Assembly: GCA_963752595.1 (NCBI GenBank)
Contig: CAVVYZ010000015.1
Location: 96,001 to 160,000 of the forward strand
Source of the DNA: an uncultured delta proteobacterium
Lineage (GTDB): Bacteria; Desulfobacterota; Desulfomonilia; UBA1062
DNA: 64,000 nt
Direction: 5' to 3'
Shown: piece by piece, positions 9,673 to 20,077 of the stretch
How positions within the stretch are numbered: position 1 is the stretch's first letter
Layout of the letters: each line of letters begins with the position of its first letter
Program-made: the position numbers and the translations under genes
The notes under the pieces: model-generated
Told to the model about the DNA's origin: nothing
Databases searched by the model: none
What the model saw: only the letters and a program-made list of their open reading frames with translations

Positions 9673-11022
9673 ATGAAAATATCGGACAAGGCTCTTCAGG
9701 GCCGTCTCGCAGCCGTGCTGCTCATTGGAGCGTATATGGCCGCCGCCGGACTCCCTGTAATAGGGGCATCCCTCTACGGAGAGCCAGGACAGGCTGTTCT
9801 CATCCAACTGGGAAGGAATTCCGCCCTTCTCGGGTTCATGATCATTATCCTCCAGGTTTTCCTGGCAGTACGTATAAAGTGGATCGATCGTCCTTTCGGG
9901 TTGGACATTGTGCTCAGGTTCCACAGAAACATGGGGATCTTTGCGCTTTTCCTGTTTATCGCCCATCCCTTCCTGCTGGCTGCAGGAAGCGGAAGCCGGG
10001 ACCTTATTCTCGGGATCAATGTTCCCTGGTATATATGGCTTGGCCGTATTACCCTTGCCATCTTGCTCATCAACATATTTCTGAGCACCTACCAGAGAGC
10101 GCTTAACCTCAAGTTTGAAATCTGGCGGGCCGTCCACGACGTTCTAAGCCCCTTGATCATTGCCCTGGCGTTCATTCATAGTTTTGCAGTCGGCAGTGAC
10201 CTCGGACTTGCCGGCATGAAGATACTCTGGATCATTTTGCTTATAACGGCGGTTTTACTCTTCGCAGATCACCGGATAATAAGGCCCCATATCTTGAAAA
10301 GGCATCCATATGAGGTCGTGGAAGTAATCCCTGAGGCAAAAGATGTCTGGACGATAAAATTGTCCCCGCCTCAAGGCAAAGAGATCTATGAGTATCTGCC
10401 GGGACAATTTCATTTTATCACCTTTTACCGGGGCAGAAATCTGCCTGTCGAGGAACATCACTGGACAATATCTTCCTCTCCCTTTAGGAAGGAGTTCGTG
10501 AGCTCTACCATCAAGGCCCTGGGAGATTTCACCTCTACCATCGGAGAGACAAGGGCAGGAGATAAGGCCGCTGTCCATGGTGCTTTCGGGCATTTCTCGT
10601 ATCTTTTCTATCCAGGGGAAAGGGACCTGGTATTCATAGCAGGAGGCATCGGCATTACCCCTTTGATGAGCATGATACGGCATATGCAGGATATGCGCGA
10701 TGATCGGAATGTCCTGCTCTTTTATGCCAATCAAAGAGAGGATCAGATCGTGTTCGGGGATGAGCTCTTGAAGATCGAGAATGGAGGATACCCCAGGCTG
10801 CACGTGGTGCATGTGGTCGGCAAACCGGACAAAGGATGGGCAGGGGAAACCGGCTATGTTTCGCAGGATAAGATCATAAAATACTGCGGGACGGACCTTG
10901 GGGGAAAAGCCTTCTATCTCTGCGGCCCTCCGGGGATGATCATGGCAGTCGGTTCCTCTCTCACGGAAATGGGCGTATCCGGCGAGAGGATCAGGACGGA
11001 GATCTTTTCTTTTCTGGACTAG
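9673..11022 (+). CDS. Ferric reductase/NOX-like membrane flavocytochrome b (TM heme domain plus FAD- and NAD(P)H-binding domains)
   Basis: About 6 TM helices with two His pairs (RFH..IAH, AVH..FIH); PGQF, EHHWTISS, AGGIGITP, YLCGP and terminal EIFSF motifs. Confidence 0.9.
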   Translation: MKISDKALQGRLAAVLLIGAYMAAAGLPVIGASLYGEPGQAVLIQLGRNSALLGFMIIILQVFLAVRIKWIDRPFGLDIVLRFHRNMGIFALFLFIAHPFLLAAGSGSRDLILGINVPWYIWLGRITLAILLINIFLSTYQRALNLKFEIWRAVHDVLSPLIIALAFIHSFAVGSDLGLAGMKILWIILLITAVLLFADHRIIRPHILKRHPYEVVEVIPEAKDVWTIKLSPPQGKEIYEYLPGQFHFITFYRGRNLPVEEHHWTISSSPFRKEFVSSTIKALGDFTSTIGETRAGDKAAVHGAFGHFSYLFYPGERDLVFIAGGIGITPLMSMIRHMQDMRDDRNVLLFYANQREDQIVFGDELLKIENGGYPRLHVVHVVGKPDKGWAGETGYVSQDKIIKYCGTDLGGKAFYLCGPPGMIMAVGSSLTEMGVSGERIRTEIFSFLD

Positions 11023-11032
11023 GGGTGAAGCA

Positions 11033-11245
11033 ATGAGGATGACACAATTGAAGCGTATCACCGCAATCGTTGTGGCGTTCCTGCTCTGTATTGTCGTCAT
11101 CACGGCAGTATTCCGGACCACAATGCCGCACACCGCCACGGGTATGAATCTCCGGAAGGAGGCTCAGGCTGCTGTTCAAGAGGTGGAGAGGGAAAGTTCA
11201 TTGCCGCTGAATCCGGCATTGCCCGGACGATACGGCCGGCCTTAA
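11033..11245 (+). CDS. Small single-TM hypothetical protein
   Basis: Starts 10 nt after the reductase stop with a GGGGTG RBS; one hydrophobic helix. Confidence 0.5.
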   Translation: MRMTQLKRITAIVVAFLLCIVVITAVFRTTMPHTATGMNLRKEAQAAVQEVERESSLPLNPALPGRYGRP

Positions 11246-11350
11246 GATTCGTCATGAGTCTGGAGTCTGACCGAAAATGATAATTTTATCAAAGGGGATA
11301 GGAGGGATGAGCCGGGAAAGTGCAACGTATGCGGTCCCGGTCCGCTCTCA

Positions 11351-11569
11351 TCACTCAAGTGCGATAAAGAGGTTCCCGTCCAGGAAGGATTCGCACCTCG
11401 TATCACCCAGGGAGATGAATTTATTGTCCGATTCCAGAGGGACCTCTTTGGTATCAACAGGCCTCCCATGGATCAGGGGAATCGAGACTTCCTCATGGAC
11501 CCCTTCCTCCGTGCGGCCGTACCCTCGGGCGAAGCCCCGTTCCTGTGTCCCCTGAACAAGTTTGTACAT
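11351..11569 (-). CDS. Hypothetical small protein
   Basis: 72-aa ATG ORF with protein-like composition filling an otherwise empty gap; no motif recognised. Confidence 0.3.
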   Translation of the reverse strand: MYKLVQGTQERGFARGYGRTEEGVHEEVSIPLIHGRPVDTKEVPLESDNKFISLGDTRCESFLDGNLFIALE

Positions 11570-11779
11570 CTCGAAAATTCTCCCTTAAATTCAATAATAT
11601 CACAAATGGAACCTTTCTCAAATCCGGTGCCCGGATCATGAACGGTGCCGGTATAACCCGAAGCACTTCAGGCATCCCCCATACATCCGGCCGGATGGCA
11701 TGTGAGATTTCCCCAAGGGGTTTGTATTATTATGCAGTAAAGGATCACTTATCCATTGTCCATGTTCGGATAACGTATC

Positions 11780-12511
11780 ATGCAAAGGATTATGATAAAG
11801 GTACGCGGCCCCAAAGAAGCACTGGAAGCGTCACAGGGCGGTGCTCATATCGTGGATGCAGAGTACCCGGCCTCCATACCGGGGACAACGTATCCGTTAA
11901 ACATCCACGGAATCAGGGAGAAGCTGAATGAATCGGGCTTTGAGAAGGTCCTGGTGTCGACGAGCATCGGAGAAAAACAATTCGACAGGGCACTGGCATG
12001 CCAGGCAGCGCTGGGCGTGGCAACCGCAGGGGCCGATGTGGTGATTTTCGGCCTTGCAGAGCTTCCGCTCAAGGCAGCCGTTTACCTGGGAGATTCCCTT
12101 GTCCGCACGGTAAAGAAGATTTATCCGGGAAAAATGGTAATGCCTGCCGCTTATGTTGATGCCGATATGCGGAGATACTTCGAGCCGTTCGCGGACGGCA
12201 TTGAACTGGCACGGGAGATTAAGGCTGAAGGACTTCTCTTTGACACCTACAATAAGTTTGCGGGCAAGGGACTCCTTGATTATTGCAGTTACAGAGAAAT
12301 CGCTGCATTCACTGCGCAATGCCATGCAATAGGGAAGCAGGTATGGATAACCGGTTCCATCATGAAATCGGAACTTCCGAAGCTCTGGCCGACCGGCGTG
12401 GATGCGATCGGCCTCAGGGATGCCGCGTGCGTCCGGAAAGAAGACGGAAGGCTGGGTGCTGTGAAGGCAGAGCTCGTTCGGGATCTCGTTTCCACAATAC
12501 TGCAGTCTTAG
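11780..12511 (+). CDS. MfnB/DUF556-family TIM-barrel protein ((5-formylfuran-3-yl)methyl phosphate synthase homologue, catalytic lysines substituted)
   Basis: Aligns by eye end-to-end with archaeal MfnB: EA.EA..GGA.I.D, VS..IG, GAD....GL, DT..K..GK.L.D, GSI, D.IG.R.AAC. Confidence 0.8.
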   Translation: MQRIMIKVRGPKEALEASQGGAHIVDAEYPASIPGTTYPLNIHGIREKLNESGFEKVLVSTSIGEKQFDRALACQAALGVATAGADVVIFGLAELPLKAAVYLGDSLVRTVKKIYPGKMVMPAAYVDADMRRYFEPFADGIELAREIKAEGLLFDTYNKFAGKGLLDYCSYREIAAFTAQCHAIGKQVWITGSIMKSELPKLWPTGVDAIGLRDAACVRKEDGRLGAVKAELVRDLVSTILQS

Positions 12512-12514
12512 ATC

Positions 12515-12901
12515 TCACTCCCGGCCCGGCCCGACATGGACGCGGTAATAAGGAATCCCGTTGACGACATCGATGGTGCCTCCTTCCGGCCAGAAGCTTA
12601 CCGAGTTCGGAAAGACATCCGGGTAATAAGATCGTATGGCGAGGTTTTGAACCGTAAGGTTGCTCGCCCCAACATAACCGCCTGAGGTCTGGATTCCCCA
12701 TGGATTGTCCGGTCCTGCGCCGAGCCCGTCCGAGTCCCCCCAGGCAATAGTGCTTATATGAATATTCATGGTAATATCGACAAACATGCTCACGCCCGAT
12801 TGACCGGAGATACCGGAAAGATCCGCTTCATTCAGAGGTTTCATTGCCGGCGCGGATAACGGCACCAGGACTGCCGCGAGAAGGATAGGTATTCTTTTCA
12901 T
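12515..12901 (-). CDS. Short secreted DUF6160-like protein
   Basis: Signal peptide followed by AMKPLNEADLSGISGQSGV and WGDSDG segments typical of this family; AAAGGAGG RBS. Confidence 0.7.
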   Translation of the reverse strand: MKRIPILLAAVLVPLSAPAMKPLNEADLSGISGQSGVSMFVDITMNIHISTIAWGDSDGLGAGPDNPWGIQTSGGYVGASNLTVQNLAIRSYYPDVFPNSVSFWPEGGTIDVVNGIPYYRVHVGPGRE

Positions 12902-13260
12902 CGATCACATTCCTCCTTTGAAGCACATCTTCGGAACATAGCGGATGCATGTGTCGAGGCCGGAAACAGTACATGCATCAGATAAACATAAAAATTATAT
13001 CTACTTATTATTTATAATAGTTATCACCCTGCTTTGCAAGCACGGGATATTGGATATATGCATCTCCCTCAGGATTTTTTTCATGTTTTCCTTTCATTCG
13101 CTCCTCATGATTTAATAATTATAATATTTTTATATCTGATTTGCCGATACCCATTATGGGGGCATGAATCTATATATGTATGAATATTCCCAAGAAATGC
13201 ACATGAGGGCCTTGTACTTTTGATTTCGGTCGGCCTGATCTTTTCTGAAGGGAGAAGACC

Positions 13261-16200
13261 GTGACGGAACGGCAGCTGATTGAAGAACTGCAAGAGAAGA
13301 TAGAGAAGCTTGAGCGGGAAGTACTGGTTGTCAAAAAGTCTGCTCAGGAGGGCGAGGAACGTTATCAGGCACTGTTTGCCCGCTCATTCGATGCCGTGTA
13401 TGTCCATGATTTCGATGGAAACTTACTCGATGCAAATAACGCGGCCCTCGGCATTCTCGGTTACAGCAGAGAAGAGATCAGACGCCTCAACCTGGCAGAC
13501 CTGATTCCGGAAGAGCATATTTCCCATGCGAAGAAGACGATCGAAGAGCTCAAAGAGACCGGCTCCCAGAGTAAGCCTTCGGAGTACCGTGTACGGTGCA
13601 AGGGTGGTGGTTTTGCCTGGATCGAGGCTAACGCCGCTGTGATTTACCGGGAAGGAAAACCATATGCAGTTTTGGGTATAGCCCAAGACATTTCCAAGAG
13701 GAAATCAGCGGATAATCGCCTGACGGAGCGTGAAGGACGGTATAGAACCATCTTCGAGAATACCGGCAGCGCCTCGATACTCATTGGCGGGGACACCACC
13801 ATCCTCCTGGCGAACACGAACTTTGCCGCGCTCACCGGATACTCCCGGGATGAGCTGGAAGGCAAGATGAGCTGGACGGCCTTTATTGCCCCGGGAGATC
13901 TCGAGCAAATGAAGCAGTACCACAATACCCGAAGGTTTGACCAGGATACGACGGTGCCCGGTTCCTATGATTTCTGTCTTGTCACACGGTCGGGTGAGAG
14001 GCGGAACATCTTTCTTACAGTCAGCCTTATCCCCGGTACGAATGAGAGTATTGCATCCTGTATGGATATCACTGACCGGGAAAAGGCCGAAGAAAACTTA
14101 AGCGAGTGGCAGCGGTTTATCGAACGGGTGATAGACCTTATCCCCGATGCGGTATATGTGCACGATCTTGATCATGGGCATAATATCCTCGATAACCAGA
14201 AGCTTCCAGCCTCTCTCGGGCTGTCCCTTGACGAATTCACCAAGCTAGGCGAGGATTTTATTCCGAAGTTCATGCATCCTGACGACCTTCCCCGGTATCG
14301 CACGCATTTGGAGCGCATCAATAGCCTCAAGAAAGACGAAGTGGCCGAATTCGAATACCGGATGCGGCACGTGTCCGGCCGGTATCAATGGTTCTATAGC
14401 CGTGTTGCGGCCTTTGCCCGGCACGACGATGGTACGGTAAGCCAGATAATCAGCGTCGCAACGGATATTACCGGGCATAAAGAGGTTGAAGAGTTCCTGC
14501 GGCAAAGTGAGGAGCGCTACAGAGACATTCTCGATAACATGCAGGAGGCATATTACGAAGTGGACCTCGATGGCAACTTCACCTTCTTCAACACATCTGC
14601 AATGATGCGCCTCGGTTATGCGGACGAGGAGATGAAGGGTATGAATTTCCGCACGTTCGTTGACCAGGAGAATGAGAAAAAGGTTTTTCGTGCGTATCAT
14701 AATGTCTTCGTCACGGGGAAACCAACAACAGGTTTTGACTGGGAGGTAATAAACAAGGATGGAAACAGAATCCCGGTTGAGTCCTCCGTCTCATTAAGAA
14801 AAGACCTCAGTGGCTGCATAACCGGTTTCAAGGGTGTAGTGCGGGATGTTTCAGAACGAAAAAAAACGGAAGAAGCCCTCAGGCAGAGCGAAGAGCGCTT
14901 CAAGGACCTTGCCCGGCTGCTGCCCGAGACTGTCTACGAGGCTGATGAAACGGGCGTCCTCACCTTCGTCAATGAGACGGCCCTGGAAAAGTTCCGGTAC
15001 AGCCGTGAGGATTTCTTTAAGGGACTGAACGGGCTTGATATGTTTGTTCCGGAAGACCGCGAGCGCGGCACGACGAATTTCGGCAGGGTTCTGGCCGGCG
15101 AGCGGATCGGCCTCAATGAATATACGGCCCTGAGAAAGGACGGTACCACGTTCCCGGTGCTCGTTCATTCCACTCCTATCATGAAAAACGGCACCCCGAC
15201 AGGCGCAAGGGGTTTCATCATTGATATCAGCGAGAAGAAAACCCTTGAGGAACAGTTCATCAGGGCACAGAAAATGGAGGCCATTGGTACTCTGGCTGGG
15301 GGGATTGCCCATGATTTCAATAACCTCCTCATGGGCATCCTCGGAAACATCTCTCTCATGCTCATGAATCTCGAAAGCTCGCATCCTTTTTTTGACCGCC
15401 TCAAAAGCATGGAGGAATATGTCCGCCAGGGGTCCGATCTCACCAAACAGTTCCTCGGATTTGCCCGAGGGGGCAAATATGAAGTCAAGCCCACCCATCT
15501 TGGGGAGTTTGTACGGAGAAGCTCCGAAATGTTCGGCCGGACGAAAAAAGAGGTCCGCATCCATAGAAAGGTTCAGGAGGACCTCTGGACGGTCGATGTG
15601 GATCGCGGCCAGATAGAACAGGTAATGCTCAACCTTTTTGTGAATGCATGGCAGGCCATGCCCGGAGGTGGGGATCTGTATATTCTCGATTGAGAATGTT
15701 GCAGCTGAATGAGATGGATGTTGAGCCCCTTCGGCATTAAGACCCGGGAAGATTTGTCAGGGTATCGGTAGCGGATACCGGGGTCGGAATGGATGAGGCC
15801 ACCAAGGACCACGATATTCGAGCCTTTCTTCACCACCAAGGAAAAAGGCAGAGGGACCGGCCTGGGCCTCGCTTCGGTCTATGGTATTGTGCGAAACCAT
15901 AAGGGTTTCATCTCCGTGGAAAGCGAAAAGGGTCTGGGCAGTACATTCAATTTATACCTGCCTGCATCGGACAGGGACATCCCTGAAGATAAAATGCACT
16001 TCCGAAAATATACAAAAAGGGCATGAAACCATTCTCCTCATCGATGATGAGAGCATGATCCTTGAAGTAGGCTCCCAAATGCTTTCAAACCTGGGGTATA
16101 CGGTATTGACAGCCGACGGAGGCAGGGAGGGGATTGCGGTCTACCAGAGCAATCACTCAGGCATCCACCTCGTAGTCCTGGATATGATCATGCCCGAGCT

Positions 16201-16408
16201 CGGGGGAAGAGATACCTATGACCGGCTGAAACAGATCAACCCTGATGTGAAGGTCTTACTGTCGAGCGGATACAGCATCGAAGGTCAGGCAGAGGAGATT
16301 ATGGAAGCCGGATGCAAAGGCTTCATTCAGAAACCCTTCACCATGAATGAATTGGCCCGTAAAATACGAGAGGTTCTTGACGGCCGGGGATGCAATGAAA
16401 AAGTGTAA
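13261..16408 (+). CDS. Multi-PAS hybrid sensor histidine kinase/response regulator, broken by clustered indels (15685-16015)
   Basis: Five PAS domains, H-box [11 protein letters not shown]-box NLFVNA; fragments carry [22 protein letters not shown] and a REC domain (LIDDE...LDMIMP...KPF). ORFs 13261..15693, 15793..16026 and 15881..16408 are pieces of one gene. Confidence 0.88.
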
Positions 16409-16603
16409 TCTTCCGCAATACCCCTTCTTCTGATTCCATAGGGGCAGATGGCTTATACGCCCCGTCCTTTTTATTTGTGTACCCCCAAGACCGGATGTAC
16501 TATATATTCTTATAGGGCAGACCCCTCGTATACCGGAAATAGTGTCATGAGTTCGCTGTTGGCAGTGATGCATAGGTGAAAATCAAGAGAGGAGGGAATC
16601 CCT

Positions 16604-18418
16604 GTGCGTATCGTCTTTCCTGTCCTCATGCTCGCAGTATGCCTTCTGGTCATGTCATGCGGCGGTGGCTCCTCAGGGGACCACGTTGACCCGGCAACCC
16701 CGGAGGCACCTGCCAATGGCTCATGGACATTCATGGTCTATATGGCGGCGGACAATACCATCTCCAATGCTGCCAAGGCAGATATCAATGAGATGGAATC
16801 GGTCGGATCTTCAAGTGATGTCAGCATAATCGTACAGGTCGAATTCAATAAGAACGAATCACCGGAGCTCCCTGTTTCTACCGTGCGGGGTAGGGTCTTC
16901 CGCGATCAGAATCAGGCGAATATCGGCACGTGGTATACCGAGATCGGAAATAAAGACATGACCGATCCCGAGACATTGAAAGAATTCATCACCTGGTCTG
17001 TTCAGCACTATCCCGCTGAACGCTATGCCCTTGTTCTCTGGAGCCACGGCTCCGGGTGGAAGGTTGAAGATGGCTCTCCGCTCCTGTCCAAAGGGATGAT
17101 GGCGGATACAACCTCTTCGGGGAGCTCCCACATCATGTCATTGACGGAAATTTCGAAGGCTGTCCTGGATAGCGGTGTCCGATTCGATCTCATCAACTTC
17201 GATTCCTGCCTCATGGGCATGTATGAAGTTGCATATGAATTCAAGGACCTTGCATCCTTCCTTGTTTTCTCGGAAAATGTCTATCCGGTAAATGGGGATG
17301 CCTACGACACCATCCTGCAGGAACTCACGGCAAGCCCTGACATGGACGGAGCGCGGCTTGCAAGGACCACTGCCGCAAAATGCAGGGAATTTTATGCCTC
17401 CAAAGGGACCGCCATGACAAAGTCGGCAATCGATATGGCGCAGATTGACCGGCTCCAAACCCTTTTAATCACACTGTCGCAATATCTAAGCGAACACCTG
17501 GCTGCTGAAAAAAACCATGTCGAAGATGCCTGTAACGCTTCGGTGAGCTTTGAGTATCCCGGACACCATGATCTCGGTGATTTCCTCCAAAAACTCGACG
17601 GGCGCACCAGTGACCAGGACCTGAAAACCATTATCGGCGACCTCCGTGAAACATTGTCGCAGGCAATTATAGCCAATGAGGTATATACCGCCGATCCGGC
17701 GGATTCCTTGCCCGACTCGCAGGGTATTGCAATCTATCTTCCGTCTCCCACCCAGGCATCCCAGGACGATCTCGACCTTTACTCTTCCCTTGCATGCAAC
17801 CGGTCTTCCGGCGTGACCTGGGGTGATCTCGTATACCGGCTGGTAACGGGAAATTCAAACCTCGAGTCACAAAAAGCTCCAGGAAACTTTGCCGTCCGCA
17901 TTGAATGGGATACGGATGCCGATATCGACCTTTATATCTTCGAGCCCGATGATACCGCAGCCGCTCCCCGGTATGGCGCTCAATCGGGAGATAACGGCAC
18001 ATGTTCAAGCGATTCTCACTATTCCGGCGATTCGTTTGAATATTATGAATCATTCGAGGATGTGGAGCCCGGCTCGTATGATGTTTTTATCAATTATTAT
18101 GAAAGCGGGTCCGATTCCCCGATTCCGACCACTGTTTCCTGTCTGATCAGAGACCCGTCACAGGGGATGAATGAATATACCCGGACCGCGCAGCAGGGAA
18201 TGGACATAAGCAACCCGCTTCCGGATAACGGAACGATTGATGACGGCGACAGGAACAGCATTCTGGATAACCTGTATTCAGACTGGTGGTATGCCGGCTC
18301 CATCGTGCGGTCCGCATCGGACGGAGGGGACCAGGCCGGCAAAGATCAGGGAGAGGCATCAATGATACGCTCTTTGTCAGCTGCAGATAGGCTGCTCTGG
18401 TTCATGCTCAAGATATAG
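16604..18418 (+). CDS. Clostripain-family (C11) cysteine peptidase lipoprotein with a C-terminal YfaP/DUF2135-like domain
   Basis: Lipobox VMSC; WTFMVYMAADN; catalytic His in LWSHGSGW and Cys in FDSCLM; C-terminal IEWDTDADIDLYIFEP. Confidence 0.88.
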   Translation: MRIVFPVLMLAVCLLVMSCGGGSSGDHVDPATPEAPANGSWTFMVYMAADNTISNAAKADINEMESVGSSSDVSIIVQVEFNKNESPELPVSTVRGRVFRDQNQANIGTWYTEIGNKDMTDPETLKEFITWSVQHYPAERYALVLWSHGSGWKVEDGSPLLSKGMMADTTSSGSSHIMSLTEISKAVLDSGVRFDLINFDSCLMGMYEVAYEFKDLASFLVFSENVYPVNGDAYDTILQELTASPDMDGARLARTTAAKCREFYASKGTAMTKSAIDMAQIDRLQTLLITLSQYLSEHLAAEKNHVEDACNASVSFEYPGHHDLGDFLQKLDGRTSDQDLKTIIGDLRETLSQAIIANEVYTADPADSLPDSQGIAIYLPSPTQASQDDLDLYSSLACNRSSGVTWGDLVYRLVTGNSNLESQKAPGNFAVRIEWDTDADIDLYIFEPDDTAAAPRYGAQSGDNGTCSSDSHYSGDSFEYYESFEDVEPGSYDVFINYYESGSDSPIPTTVSCLIRDPSQGMNEYTRTAQQGMDISNPLPDNGTIDDGDRNSILDNLYSDWWYAGSIVRSASDGGDQAGKDQGEASMIRSLSAADRLLWFMLKI

Positions 18419-18473
18419 TGCCCTTTTCATGGGAAGGTTCATGAACCCGGAATCCTGACCATCGATACGTACG

Positions 18474-18905
18474 TTAGCGTTTTATCACGAGCACCGGTTT
18501 CTGCGCGGAACGGATAACTTCCTCTGAAACCGAGCCCAGGAGGATCTCCGTGATATTGCTCTTCCCGTGGGATCCGAGTACGATGACAGAGATGTCTTCC
18601 TGCTCTTCTGTCGTAAGAATAACCCTTGAAGGGATGCCTACCGCTATCCTGGTTTTTACCACGAACCCCATGCCTTCCAGAAGCGACTTTACGGCATCCA
18701 TCTTGCTCTGAGCATCTTCTCGAAGGTTTTTCTCAAACTCCATGGATACTGTAGGATTATAGACAAGGAGATCGAGACTTCTCGAATCAATGGCATGGAG
18801 GACGAGCACCTCCTGTGCACCTGCGCACTTCAGCTGTTCGATATACTTGATCGCTGCCTGGGCAATATCCGAGAAGTCTGTGGGATAGAGTAATTTTTTA
18901 AACAT
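18474..18905 (-). CDS. Universal stress protein
   Basis: KKLLYPTDFS, GSHGKS...LLGSVSEEV, PVLVI. Confidence 0.95.
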   Translation of the reverse strand: MFKKLLYPTDFSDIAQAAIKYIEQLKCAGAQEVLVLHAIDSRSLDLLVYNPTVSMEFEKNLREDAQSKMDAVKSLLEGMGFVVKTRIAVGIPSRVILTTEEQEDISVIVLGSHGKSNITEILLGSVSEEVIRSAQKPVLVIKR

Positions 18906-19100
18906 GTATCCTCCTCAAAGGGCTCATATTCATCTATGACATTGGTAATAACAGAAGAGGAGAGATTTCCCAACACCTGATAACGAAACCTGTTGATCAT
19001 GAGAGGCTTTTTTGCATAGAGGTAATCATCCGGCTACGATGAGGGGAGTTCAAAAGAAAAGGATGTTTCGGAAGCACAAAGGGAGAGGAGAGGCCCCGGG

Positions 19101-19712
19101 ATGGTTTACCTCATATCCGGCATAGTCTTTGGTCTTTCGGCAGGGCTTGCACCGGGGCCGCTCATTACCCTTGTCCTGACGGAAACGTTCCGACACGGGT
19201 ACAAAGCCGGGATCAAGGTGGCCTTTGCACCGATTATCACGGATCTTCCCATAGTTGTCCTGACGCTTCTCGTGATCAGCAAACTCAGCAGTTTCAATCT
19301 CGCCCTTGGATTGATCTCATTATCCGGTGCGTTTTTCGTGGTCTATTTAGGCTTTGAAACCTTCACGTCTCCCGAGATCACGATCTCTTCTGCCGACAGG
19401 GAGTCTCAGTCTCTCCGGAAAGGAATACTCACCAACATGCTGAGCCCTCATCCGTATCTCTTCTGGATGACCGTTGGTGCGCCCATTGTTATGCAGGCTT
19501 CTTCCCGGGGAGCTGTTCATGTTTCGGCATTTGTGATCGGTTTTTATTTCTTTCTTATCGGTTCCAAAATCGCGGTGTCAATCCTTGCAGGCAGGGCACG
19601 GCACCTGATCATCGGGAGAGCTTACCGGCATTGCATGCGGGGCCTCGGAGTTCTTTTATGGGTCTTTGCCTTCGTGCTTGCACGGGATGCAGTGCGACTA
19701 TTTATGCAATAA
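19101..19712 (+). CDS. LysE-family translocator
   Basis: APGP, G..TD, NMLSPHPYLFW; about 6 TM helices. Confidence 0.9.
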   Translation: MVYLISGIVFGLSAGLAPGPLITLVLTETFRHGYKAGIKVAFAPIITDLPIVVLTLLVISKLSSFNLALGLISLSGAFFVVYLGFETFTSPEITISSADRESQSLRKGILTNMLSPHPYLFWMTVGAPIVMQASSRGAVHVSAFVIGFYFFLIGSKIAVSILAGRARHLIIGRAYRHCMRGLGVLLWVFAFVLARDAVRLFMQ

Positions 19713-19777
19713 CCATAAAGGCCGTCAGAAATCTTCAAGGCATGGGTCCACTTCTGCTTATAATATAAAACCTTGGT

Positions 19778-20077
19778 TCATTCTTCTATGTAGGATTTAC
19801 AGATCCCGATAAGCCGGTCACAGAGCTTAACCAGATCGTTATGCTGGGCTTTGTCATTGGTATGGATTGCTTCTGCGGTAATAATTTCAAGCAGGATGCT
19901 GAGTTCTTCCAGGGAATAACGTGCAATGATTTTGTCGTGATCAAGGAGCGACAGCCTCAGACGGTCCGTGAGTTTGGGGTAGCCGTTCGTATTTTCTCGC
20001 AGGAGGTCTCGCTCATGGAAATCAAATCTCACAGAGATCTTTTCGCCCTGCTTTATGAGCCTTCTTCTGTTTATCAT
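19778..20077 (-). CDS. Hypothetical protein
   Basis: 99-aa ORF with GGAAGGGAG RBS and helical, protein-like composition. Confidence 0.7.
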   Translation of the reverse strand: MINRRRLIKQGEKISVRFDFHERDLLRENTNGYPKLTDRLRLSLLDHDKIIARYSLEELSILLEIITAEAIHTNDKAQHNDLVKLCDRLIGICKSYIEE

